64,000 nucleotides of DNA from Candidatus Alloenteromonas pullistercoris. Its GTDB lineage: Bacteria > Bacillota_I > Bacilli_A > RFN20 > CAG-826. Position numbers and translations under genes: made by a program. The notes under the pieces were generated by a model that was not told where the DNA came from, did no database searches, and saw nothing but the letters and a program-made list of their open reading frames with translations. Below, in pieces: positions 52,020 to 60,100 of the stretch; position 1 is the first letter of the stretch, and each line of letters begins with the position of its first letter. Location: positions 10,552-74,551 of the forward strand of contig JADINA010000016.1 in the NCBI GenBank assembly GCA_017694295.1. Direction: 5' to 3'.

Positions 52020-52947
52020 GCTCAGGCATTTCCTCGCCTCCTGCTTCCGTTACCCGGTAAAGGCCATTTCCAAGACGCTTTACGTGAAGCTCCAATACCG
52101 CTTCATCACCCACCATAAGCTCAACCTGGATAATCCGCTCCGGTATACGGAGAAGCTGCAGCACCTCCGCATTTTCGATTATCCCAAAGACGATCTGGTC
52201 TCAATATGCGCTTCCCGGGATGGGGTCAGGGAATACCTAACCTCCCTTGGATATTCGAAATACTTAATAAAGGTTTACGGGGTTTTCGATTCCTTCGACG
52301 ACATCGATTTCGCTGCCTTGCCCAACCAATTCGTTTTAAAGTGCACCCACGCCTCCGGGTTCAATTTGCTTTGTCTAGACAAGGAAGAGCTCGATATGAA
52401 AAAGGCGAGGAAGCAGTTTAACAGGTGGCTTAAGACCGATTATGGGAAGAAGACGGTCGAGCCCCATTATTCGAAGATAAAGTCGCGGATCATCGTCGAG
52501 GAATACCTTCATGAGCCCGGGGAGCCCCTCCCAATCGAATACAAGCTCCACGTCTATAACGGCAAAGCAAGAAACCTCTATGCCGTTATCGGCAGGGGCG
52601 AGGACATCCGCTACAGCGAGCTGTTCACCGACTTCTCCTTGTTCGACGGGTCGCAATTCAACGGCTGGAAAAAGCCCGACGTAGCGCCTAAGCGGCCCGA
52701 TAACTTCGATGAGATGATCGAATTCGCCGAGAAATGCTCCGCCCCATTCCCTTTTGTGCGCTTCGACTGCTATGACATCGAGGGGAAAATATACTTTTCC
52801 GAGATGACTTTCACCCCGGCTAAGGGGACGTTGATACTAGACGACGACAACGCCGATTTCCTTATGGGGGAATGGCTCGACATCAAAGGGTATAAACCCA
52901 ACTCAGTTCCAAGTGGAATCCGGGAAAAGTACCTCAAGCATCATTAA
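51994..52947 (+). CDS. TupA-like ATP-grasp protein (amidoligase of the teichuronopeptide-type family)
   Basis: FVLKCTHASGFNLLC, IIVEEYL and IEYKLHVYNGKARNLY match the ATPgrasp_TupA pattern as I recall it. SD aaggagag. Confidence 0.7.
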   Translation: MNRNLKQNRLRHFLASCFRYPVKAISKTLYVKLQYRFITHHKLNLDNPLRYTEKLQHLRIFDYPKDDLVSICASRDGVREYLTSLGYSKYLIKVYGVFDSFDDIDFAALPNQFVLKCTHASGFNLLCLDKEELDMKKARKQFNRWLKTDYGKKTVEPHYSKIKSRIIVEEYLHEPGEPLPIEYKLHVYNGKARNLYAVIGRGEDIRYSELFTDFSLFDGSQFNGWKKPDVAPKRPDNFDEMIEFAEKCSAPFPFVRFDCYDIEGKIYFSEMTFTPAKGTLILDDDNADFLMGEWLDIKGYKPNSVPSGIREKYLKHH

Positions 52948-53823
52948 GCCGATGTGGTATTCCTCCCCATCGGAGAAATCGGAGGAGATCCTTTCCCCTT
53001 GGTAATAGTCCTCAGATTCGAAATCGATCGACATCCCGACGATTCCGGAGGGGTCAAAGCCGATGTCTTCGAAGGTGAATCCGACCAAGGCCGTCACCTC
53101 GGCTGAGTAGTTGGTTTGGAGCTTGACGTCATCGAGTTTGACCGTCGTCCCCTGCAAGGTGGAAAGATCGTCGCCGTATTTGTAAAAGGTGACGTTGATG
53201 TCGAAGCTCGACACCCTTCCCGTATGGGAATCGGGGGTATCCGAGCCCCCGCGGGCGACGAAGGCGAAGTAGCTGGCTTCGGTGAGTTCAGCCGGGAAAA
53301 GCGTCCCATAGCCTTCATCCCCAAGGACGACCATCGAGTAATAGCCCCAGGCGTTGCATTTGATTTGCCCGTTGTAAAGCTTCGATAGATAGCCCTCCCT
53401 GAAGCCGTCATGGAGGCGGGAAAGCTTTTTGGTCTGGCTATAGCTTATCCCATATAAGGGGCTTTGGTCGGCCCAATCGCCGACCCCGACCCCGCTTACG
53501 AGGTCATGGCTCCAATCGAGCTCGCTCCCGTCGGCGTTTTGGAAATAGGATGGATGGCAGGATTTGGCTTGGTTGAAGCCGATGCAGGAGGAAGGCCGAT
53601 CGTAATTGCCCGAGCCGTTGAAATAACCGTGTTCCCCGTTTTGCAGGGTAATGAGTTCATTTGAGCTTTCCCTGGCTTCCTTTAGGCCATCGTCATAATG
53701 GTCGTAAAGGTTATTGATGAAGACGGCATCGACATAGGCGTCGCCGGGATAGACCTCGCTGACGTCGCAAGAGGCAAGGACGAAACAGGCGATGCTGGCG
53801 AAAGCCAATTTCCTCTTATTCAT
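52903..53823 (-). CDS. Lipoprotein of unknown function
   Basis: MNKRKLAFASIACFVLASC lipobox. 306 aa with no recognised domain. The 3' end overlaps the convergent ATP-grasp gene by 45 nt. Confidence 0.6.
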   Translation of the reverse strand: MNKRKLAFASIACFVLASCDVSEVYPGDAYVDAVFINNLYDHYDDGLKEARESSNELITLQNGEHGYFNGSGNYDRPSSCIGFNQAKSCHPSYFQNADGSELDWSHDLVSGVGVGDWADQSPLYGISYSQTKKLSRLHDGFREGYLSKLYNGQIKCNAWGYYSMVVLGDEGYGTLFPAELTEASYFAFVARGGSDTPDSHTGRVSSFDINVTFYKYGDDLSTLQGTTVKLDDVKLQTNYSAEVTALVGFTFEDIGFDPSGIVGMSIDFESEDYYQGERISSDFSDGEEYHIGLMMLEVLFPDSTWN

Positions 53824-55360
53824 CGATCTTCACCTCCTTGTAGGTATATTCGCTTTCCCCTTGGGGCTTAGCTTCAGGCTCCACCGCCTCCTTATCGCCA
53901 AGGGATTCGCAATAAACGACCCCGAAGGCAAAGGCGAAAAGCAAGGCGACCGAGCCGCGGGTGAAAGGCAAGACGTTGGATGAATGGGAGGAGAAGATGC
54001 CATCTAGTTCGCTAGGATGCTTCAAAGGCATCTCCGAGTCGCAGAAGGAAAGATAAAGGAATCCGCCAAGGGCGATGGAGAGCAGGGAAAGCAAAAGAAG
54101 GCGGTTTTCCCCGCTGGACTTCGTTAAGGCCTTATAGCCTTTGGCGATGAAGAAGAAAACGAAATAAAGGAGCAAGGCGAAGGCGATGAAGCCGTTTTGG
54201 TAGAGAATCTGAAACTCGAAAAGGCGAAGGTCGTAAACCTGGGCTTCCCCAGCCCCAAATAAGAAGGAAGTGAAATCCAAATAACGGCGGTCGGCCGAGT
54301 CGATGGAGAAGAGGATGTCGGATATCGAGGCCTCAAGCCGGTATAACGACCCCCCTTCCTCAAAATAGGTTCCGATTAACGGCAATTTGCGTAAAAACCC
54401 GTCCCCAGTCCCCATCAAATAGGAATCGGCGAAGAGCAAAATGAGCCCCAAAACGACTAGGCCAAGGAGAACGAAGAAGAGGATTTTGCAAACCAAATCG
54501 ACTTTCTTGGCCCTCTCCTCCCCTTTTGCACGCTGCTTCAAAATCAAGACAGAAAGCAATCCAACCACATAGACGGCGAAGACGATGAGCAAGCCGCGAA
54601 GGAAGGGGGCGAAGAGCAAATCGAGCAATCCGATGGAAGCGGCAACCCCAAGGGCCCAGGCTTCCTTTTTGCCAAGGCGATTGAAGAAAAGGGCGAATAA
54701 CCCAACGCCGGAGCAGGCAAGCAAGACCGAAGCGGTCTTGGCGTAATAAAGCGTGACCTCGACGAAGGTAAAGCCGTCGAGGAACTTGCCTTCGCTCTCG
54801 ATCGGGAAGACGACGCCGTCGTAATAATAAACCTGCCCCGCGTAGCGGACGGTGTAGAAGGGCCCATAGGCAAAAAGGGAATAAAGGAAGGTGATAAGCA
54901 CCAATAACGCTAAAGCCCCGACGACCCCATAGAGGATGTAAACCTTCTTTAGCCGGGGCAATAGGCTAAGGAAAAAGCCCAGCAGCCCCACCCCAAAGAA
55001 CCCCAAGCAGGTGACGAAGCCATCCAAGGCAAAGGAAACGGATGACCCGGAGATGGCCAGGTGGAACGAGGAAAAGGAAAGGAAAAACGGCAATAAGCCG
55101 ATGGGGATCAGATAAAGGAGGTCGGCTTTGCCAATGGCCTTTAGGGAAAGGCGGTTTTTCGCTAACGGATAAAGGAAAAGGGCCAAACAGACGGAGAAGG
55201 CCCGCAATATGGTGAGGCCCGTCGCCCCGGCAAAGCCGAAGACGATGAGGGCGATGGCTTCAAGCCCTAAAAAGGAGAATACCGCTTCCTGGCGGGCGCT
55301 AATGGCGCCGACTTGGTTGTCTTTCTTTTCCATAGCGGCAAGATTTTCGCATAACTCCAA
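53816..55360 (-). CDS. Polytopic membrane protein, possibly an O-antigen polymerase/ligase (Wzy/WaaL-like)
   Basis: About 12 TM helices with a larger loop around FLRKLPLIGTYFEEGG...FLFGAGEAQV. Sits in the glycan cluster. The function is inferred from topology and context only. Confidence 0.45.
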   Translation of the reverse strand: MELCENLAAMEKKDNQVGAISARQEAVFSFLGLEAIALIVFGFAGATGLTILRAFSVCLALFLYPLAKNRLSLKAIGKADLLYLIPIGLLPFFLSFSSFHLAISGSSVSFALDGFVTCLGFFGVGLLGFFLSLLPRLKKVYILYGVVGALALLVLITFLYSLFAYGPFYTVRYAGQVYYYDGVVFPIESEGKFLDGFTFVEVTLYYAKTASVLLACSGVGLFALFFNRLGKKEAWALGVAASIGLLDLLFAPFLRGLLIVFAVYVVGLLSVLILKQRAKGEERAKKVDLVCKILFFVLLGLVVLGLILLFADSYLMGTGDGFLRKLPLIGTYFEEGGSLYRLEASISDILFSIDSADRRYLDFTSFLFGAGEAQVYDLRLFEFQILYQNGFIAFALLLYFVFFFIAKGYKALTKSSGENRLLLLSLLSIALGGFLYLSFCDSEMPLKHPSELDGIFSSHSSNVLPFTRGSVALLFAFAFGVVYCESLGDKEAVEPEAKPQGESEYTYKEVKIDE

Positions 55361-55427
55361 GAAAAATTATAGTTGCTTATGCCATTTCCGCCCAACCTAG
55401 GTTAAGCGAATACAGGCAATGCGCACC

Positions 55428-55456
55428 GAAAAGGCAAAAGCCATTATTGCCTTTCC
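55428..55456 (-). terminator. Weak rho-independent terminator after the ABC ATPase gene
   Basis: The minus strand reads aaaggcaa taatggctt ttgccttt tcgg. The stem is 8 bp and the U tail is short. Confidence 0.35.
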
Positions 55457-55463
55457 CTATAGC

Positions 55464-56168
55464 TCACCAGTCGACGTCTTTGGGGTCGAGGGGATGGTCG
55501 TTATGGCTTTCCTCGGCGATGCGACCGTCATTGAGGCGAATTAGATGGTCGGCGCATAAGGCGATCTTCGCGTTGTGGGTGACGATGATGGCCGTTTTAC
55601 TAAGCGAGGAAGCGACGTCTTTCAAAAGCGAGAGGATCTGCCCGCCCGTTTTCGAATCCAAGGCGCCGGTGGGCTCATCGGCCAAGATAAGGCGCGGGTT
55701 TTTGACTAGGGCCCGGGCGATGGCGACCCTCTGCTGCTCGCCGCCGCTAAGCTCGCTGGGGAAGTTATTGGCCCTTTTGCCTAAGCCAACCCTTTCTAGG
55801 ATCGAGGACGAATCAAGGGGGTCTTTGGCGACCGAGGCGGAAAGCAAGACGTTTTCATAGGCCGTCAAATCGGCCATTAGGTTATAAAACTGGAAGACGA
55901 AGCCTACGTCCTCGCGCCGGAAAAGCTGCAACTGCTTGTCGGAGAAGGAGGTAACCTCGGAGGAATAAACCGAATATTGCCCCGAGCTTGCCTTGTCCAT
56001 CCCGCCGAGGATGTTAAGCAAAGTCGATTTGCCAGCCCCCGAGGCCCCCAAGACGACGACGAATTCCCCTTCCTCGCAGGAAAAGGAAACGCCATCCAAA
56101 GCCTTGACCTCGTTTTCCTTCCCGGGGTTATAAACCTTGCAAAGGTCGACCGCTTTGATCGAAATCAT
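55464..56168 (-). CDS. ABC transporter ATP-binding protein, MacB/LolD/FtsE-like (COG1136 type)
   Basis: Walker A GASGAGKSTLLN, signature LSGGEQQRVAIARAL, Walker B LILADEPTGALD, H-loop VTHN. Confidence 0.9.
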   Translation of the reverse strand: MISIKAVDLCKVYNPGKENEVKALDGVSFSCEEGEFVVVLGASGAGKSTLLNILGGMDKASSGQYSVYSSEVTSFSDKQLQLFRREDVGFVFQFYNLMADLTAYENVLLSASVAKDPLDSSSILERVGLGKRANNFPSELSGGEQQRVAIARALVKNPRLILADEPTGALDSKTGGQILSLLKDVASSLSKTAIIVTHNAKIALCADHLIRLNDGRIAEESHNDHPLDPKDVDW

Positions 56169-56545
56169 TTCCTATCCGAATAATTCGGATCCTTCCCCAT
56201 GTAATGCTTGCAGATGAAATAAGCCCCTAGGCCAAGTAGGCTCAAAATAAGGAATATGCCGGTTAAGGAATAGCAGATGATGGCGATGACCCGATACATC
56301 TCGGCGTCGTTTTGCGAATCCAATATGGCAAAGACGAGCGAAGCCAAAAGGGAGAGAATCAGACCGGTTGGCCCATAACGCAGCCCAAGATAGGAAAAGC
56401 GCGAATAGAAATCGATTTTCTTGTGGTAATCGTCCCTAGGGCTTTTCGGCTTAATCGGCTTTTCCCTAGCCGGATCGATCTTCTCTTCGGTCACCTCGAC
56501 CTCGACGACCTTGGACTGGTCTATTTTCTCTTTTTCGTTTTCCAT
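56165..56545 (-). CDS. 126-aa two-TM protein with a charged N-terminus, coupled to the ABC ATPase by a 4-nt overlap
   Basis: TM helices GLILSLLASLVFAIL and VIAIICYSLTGIFLILSLLGLGAYFI. No family recognised. Confidence 0.55.
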   Translation of the reverse strand: MENEKEKIDQSKVVEVEVTEEKIDPAREKPIKPKSPRDDYHKKIDFYSRFSYLGLRYGPTGLILSLLASLVFAILDSQNDAEMYRVIAIICYSLTGIFLILSLLGLGAYFICKHYMGKDPNYSDRK

Positions 56546-56554
56546 GTCGGGGAA

Positions 56555-56583
56555 AGATTAACAACCAAACGGAAATATGTAAA
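56555..56583 (-). promoter_or_regulatory. Candidate promoter (TTTACA-17 nt-TAATCT) 9 nt upstream of the ATG of the 126-aa gene. Possibly a leaderless transcript.
   Basis: The minus strand reads tttaca tatttccgtttggttgt taatct ttccccgac ATG, with no SD. Confidence 0.35.
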
Positions 56584-56603
56584 CTTCCAAGGGATGCATC
56601 GGC

Positions 56604-56630
56604 AATAAAAGAAAGGGGCCAAATGGCCCC
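56604..56630 (-). terminator. Rho-independent terminator after the flavodiiron gene
   Basis: The minus strand reads ggggcc attt ggcccc tttcttttattg. Confidence 0.7.
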
Positions 56631-56637
56631 GTAGACG

Positions 56638-58500
56638 TCAGATGAGGACTTTCTCGAAATCGCTTGGCCCGTGCTTGCATAGGGGGCAGACGAAATCGGG
56701 CGGAAGCGTCTCGCCGACGTAGGTGTAGCCGCATATCTTGCACCGCCACGCCACCTTCTTCCCGGTCCCGGAGGAAGGAAGGGGAGCGGGTTTGATGTGG
56801 GCGAAATAGTAGGCGTAGGTAAGCGAGGCGTCCTCAGTTAAGGTCTTGGCCACATCAACCGAGGCGATGAAAAGGAGGTGGTTGCCGCAGTCGATGGTTT
56901 CCTTGACGGTGCATTCGAAGTAGGCGTTGGCCATAGAGGTCAGATAGCAGATGCCGTTTTCGGCCCTATTAAGGATATTCTCGATGCCCTCGGTCTTCTT
57001 GGTGTCGCGGCCGGATTGGAAGCCGAAACGCTTTATGAGCTCGTAATCGACGTTTTCGGTCAAAACGGATATGTTGAACTTGCCGCTTTCCTGGATGGTC
57101 TTGGCCGAGTAGTTGGCTTTGTTGACGGAAAGCATGACGAGGTTCGGGTTGTCGCTTACCTGGAAGAAGGAATTGTTGATCGAGGCGTTGTCGATGCCGT
57201 TTTTGTCTTTGGTGAACAAGGCGAATAGGCCATAGGAAAGCTTGAACATGGCGGCGTTATCGACGATGCCGTCTTTGGATGCGCCTGCCGACTCGTTAGG
57301 CCTAATTGAGGCGACGACCGCCTCGGCGATGGCTTCCAAACTGGCCAGCTGGCTGTCTTTCAAAGTCGAGTTGATGGTTAAGCTCGGCTCAAGGAAGGTC
57401 GCGCCCTCAAGATTGCCGATGATCGATTTCATCGAGGCCTTGGCATTGGGCGCCCAGGAACCGTTTTCGATGATGGCGAAGGTCCGGTTGCGGATCTTGT
57501 GGTTGGCCAAATCGTGGAGGAAGTCCTCCATCTTGACGAAGACGCCGGCGTTGTAGGTCGTGGCGGCCAGCACGATCGTCTTAACGCGGAAGGATTCGGC
57601 GATGAGATAGGAGGAATCGGTCTTCGAGACGTCGTACATGACGAGGTTCTTGACCCCTTTGGCGGCCAATTTGCTGGCTAAGACGTCGCAGCAATTGGCG
57701 GTCCCACCGTAAACCGAGGAATAGACGATCATGACCCCGTCTTTGTCCTCAGGCGTATAGGAAGCCCAGGAAAGATAGGGGTTGATGATGTAATTGAGGT
57801 TGCCGCGGTAAATCGGGCCATGAAGCGGGCAAATGGTCTTAATCTCGATCCCGGCGGCTTTCTTCAAGACGGCAAGGACCTGGTCTCCGTATTTGCCGAC
57901 GATGTTGGTGTAGTAACGCCGCGCCTCATCGAGGTAAAGGCGGTCGAAGTTCATCGCGTCGGCGAAGATGTTGCCGGAAAGGGCGCCGAAGGTGCCAAAG
58001 GCATCGGCGGAGAAAAGGACTTTCTCGCTCACTTCATAGGTCATCATGACCTCCGGCCAATGGACCATCGGGGCCATGACGAAGGTGAAGGTGTGTTTGC
58101 CGATGGAAAGCTTATCGCCCTCCTTGACTATGACAATATCGTTTTTGAAGTTGGGGAAGAAGTTAAGGAGGAACTTCCGGCTCAAGGCGTTGACCACGAC
58201 CTTGGCCTCCGGGTAGCGGCGGCAAAGCTCGCCGATGTTGGCGGCATGGTCCGGCTCCATGTGGTTGACGATGAGGTAATCTAAAGACCGCCCGTTCAAT
58301 AGATGCTCGATGTTCTCATAGAAGACGTCGGAAACCGAGTGATCGACGGTATCGAGGACGCAGGTCTTCTCATCTAAATAAATATAGGAGTTGTAGCTGA
58401 CCCCATTGGTAAGGGGGTAGACGTTCTCGAATAGGTGGATCCGGCGATCGCTGCCGCCGATGTAATAGAACCCATCGGAGATTTGGATTTCGTTATGCAT
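56638..58500 (-). CDS. Multidomain flavodiiron protein: metallo-beta-lactamase-like diiron domain, flavodoxin-like domain, flavin-reductase-like domain and rubredoxin
   Basis: Diiron ligands HMEPDH. Flavodoxin-like VMIVYSSVYGGTANCC. Flavin_Reduct-like AAMFKLSYGLFALFTKD...FGFQSGRDTKK. Rubredoxin WRCKICGYTY...FVCPLCKHGPSDFEKV. Confidence 0.85.
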   Translation of the reverse strand: MHNEIQISDGFYYIGGSDRRIHLFENVYPLTNGVSYNSYIYLDEKTCVLDTVDHSVSDVFYENIEHLLNGRSLDYLIVNHMEPDHAANIGELCRRYPEAKVVVNALSRKFLLNFFPNFKNDIVIVKEGDKLSIGKHTFTFVMAPMVHWPEVMMTYEVSEKVLFSADAFGTFGALSGNIFADAMNFDRLYLDEARRYYTNIVGKYGDQVLAVLKKAAGIEIKTICPLHGPIYRGNLNYIINPYLSWASYTPEDKDGVMIVYSSVYGGTANCCDVLASKLAAKGVKNLVMYDVSKTDSSYLIAESFRVKTIVLAATTYNAGVFVKMEDFLHDLANHKIRNRTFAIIENGSWAPNAKASMKSIIGNLEGATFLEPSLTINSTLKDSQLASLEAIAEAVVASIRPNESAGASKDGIVDNAAMFKLSYGLFALFTKDKNGIDNASINNSFFQVSDNPNLVMLSVNKANYSAKTIQESGKFNISVLTENVDYELIKRFGFQSGRDTKKTEGIENILNRAENGICYLTSMANAYFECTVKETIDCGNHLLFIASVDVAKTLTEDASLTYAYYFAHIKPAPLPSSGTGKKVAWRCKICGYTYVGETLPPDFVCPLCKHGPSDFEKVLI

Positions 58501-58527
58501 TTGCTCTCTTCCTTTCGCGTAGCGGCC

Positions 58528-58543
58528 TTATTGTAAACAATAA
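58528..58543. promoter_or_regulatory. Perfect 7-2-7 inverted repeat TTATTGTAAACAATAA upstream of the flavodiiron gene. Candidate operator.
   Basis: Read directly from the sequence. It lies 28-43 nt upstream of ATG 58500. Confidence 0.35.
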
Positions 58544-58754
58544 AAGGCAGGATAGTTAAACCAAACGATAAGAAAATGAAGGGGAAGACCTTTAAAGGCA
58601 AAAGAAGGGCGTTTTGTCTAGCGGAACAAGGCAAACAGCCGAGTTTTCATGTAAAAATGTTTCTTATTTTTCGGAAAGTTTCAGAAAAGTATTTCATAAA
58701 TTCTCTTTGCCCAAACTAATTAATCGACAAACACTTTAAGTTTGTATGAAAAGT

Positions 58755-58783
58755 TTGCAAATGGTAACCGGCTCAAGTAAAAT
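58755..58783 (+). promoter_or_regulatory. Sigma70-type promoter (TTGCAA-17 nt-TAAAAT) of the Ntn-hydrolase gene
   Basis: ttgcaa (58755-60), 17-nt spacer, taaaat (58778-83). SD aggagg at about 58804 and ATG at 58819. Confidence 0.55.
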
Positions 58784-58818
58784 CGCCGCCGGTGTTTGAA
58801 CAAGGAGGCACCATTAAA

Positions 58819-60039
58819 ATGAAACTTGGAGCAAAAATCGCCATCGGGGTCACCGCCGGCATCGTCGGGGTGGCGGCCATCGCCGCCTCAACCGTCTATG
58901 GGTTCTGGCACAAAGAAATCAACTCGATGCTCTCGATTAAGCAAATAATCCCCGCCCATCCGGAAAACAACGCCGGCAAAGTCTATGAAATGACCATGGA
59001 CGGCGGGTTCTATTTCGACGACTTCCTAGAACAAGGCGGGGTCACCAACGACAGCGACCTCATCCAATTCATCGTCGACCACATCACCAAAGGGGTTATA
59101 AACGTCGATATGGGCATGGACAACCCCGAGATCGGCTGCTCTTCCTTCACCGTCAAAGACGAGGATGGCAACCGGTTGTTCGGCCGCAACTACGACTTCA
59201 GCTCGACCAATTCGCTTATCCTCCACACCAACCCGGGCGGAGGGCGCCATGCGACCATCTCAAGTGTCGACCTCCAATTCCTCAGCCTTACTGACGGCAT
59301 CAACGGATTTATGGACCACGCGACCGCCATCGCCGCCGCTTATGCCCCGCTAGACGGCATGAACGACGCCGGCGTCGCCTGCGGAATCTACATGTCCTAC
59401 CAAGGTCCAGACGGAGGGACGGTGGCCACCGACCAAAACACCGACAAGCCCGATTTGACTTCCACCACCATGCTCCGGCTCATCCTCGATTACGCCGATG
59501 ACGTCGATGAGGCCATCGAACTCGTCAAGCAATACGATTTCCACGATTCGGCCAATTCCTCTTTCCACTACATGGTGGCCGACGCCTCGGGGAAATCCGC
59601 CATCCTCGAATGGGTAAACGGCACTGACCTAACTGACCTTGACGGCAGCAAGAGGGAGCTAAAGGTCTACTATAACGACGATGACGCTTCCGTCGGAGCC
59701 GATGAAGCCCGCGATGAATTCCAATACATCACCAACTTCATCGTCACCCCCGACTACTACGAATCCGAGGGTCAGAAAAAAGGGTTGGACCGCTATAACT
59801 ACATAAAAGACACCGTCAACCCCGACGGGACCAACGCCGAAGGGCAATTCACCAGGCAAGGGGCCCTTGACCTTCTCAAGGATCTCGGACGGAGGAATTG
59901 GGACAAGGACAAACCAAGCGATTCCAACAACATCACCGTTTGGAGCGCCCTTTACGACCTCACCAACAAAACCGCCACTTGGGTGAGCAACGAGGAATTC
60001 GACCAAGAAGGCAGCGTCTTCTCCTTCTCGCTTGCTTAA
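58819..60039 (+). CDS. Membrane-anchored linear amide C-N hydrolase (choloylglycine hydrolase/Ntn family)
   Basis: N-terminal TM helix IAIGVTAGIVGVAAIAASTVYGFW. Candidate nucleophile in GCSSFTV, followed by LFGRNYDF. The track start at 58792 is GTG, and ATG 58819 with a strong SD is preferred. Confidence 0.7.
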   Translation: MKLGAKIAIGVTAGIVGVAAIAASTVYGFWHKEINSMLSIKQIIPAHPENNAGKVYEMTMDGGFYFDDFLEQGGVTNDSDLIQFIVDHITKGVINVDMGMDNPEIGCSSFTVKDEDGNRLFGRNYDFSSTNSLILHTNPGGGRHATISSVDLQFLSLTDGINGFMDHATAIAAAYAPLDGMNDAGVACGIYMSYQGPDGGTVATDQNTDKPDLTSTTMLRLILDYADDVDEAIELVKQYDFHDSANSSFHYMVADASGKSAILEWVNGTDLTDLDGSKRELKVYYNDDDASVGADEARDEFQYITNFIVTPDYYESEGQKKGLDRYNYIKDTVNPDGTNAEGQFTRQGALDLLKDLGRRNWDKDKPSDSNNITVWSALYDLTNKTATWVSNEEFDQEGSVFSFSLA

Positions 60040-60056
60040 TAAAGGCAAAACAACGC

Positions 60057-60083
60057 AAAACCCCGGTTACTTGCCGGGGTTTT
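60057..60083. terminator. Bidirectional rho-independent terminator between convergent genes
   Basis: aaaaccccgg ttacttg ccggggtttt. The stem is a perfect 10 bp, flanked by A-runs and T-runs on both sides. Confidence 0.8.
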
Positions 60084-60100
60084 GCTATTTATAAGAGGGA

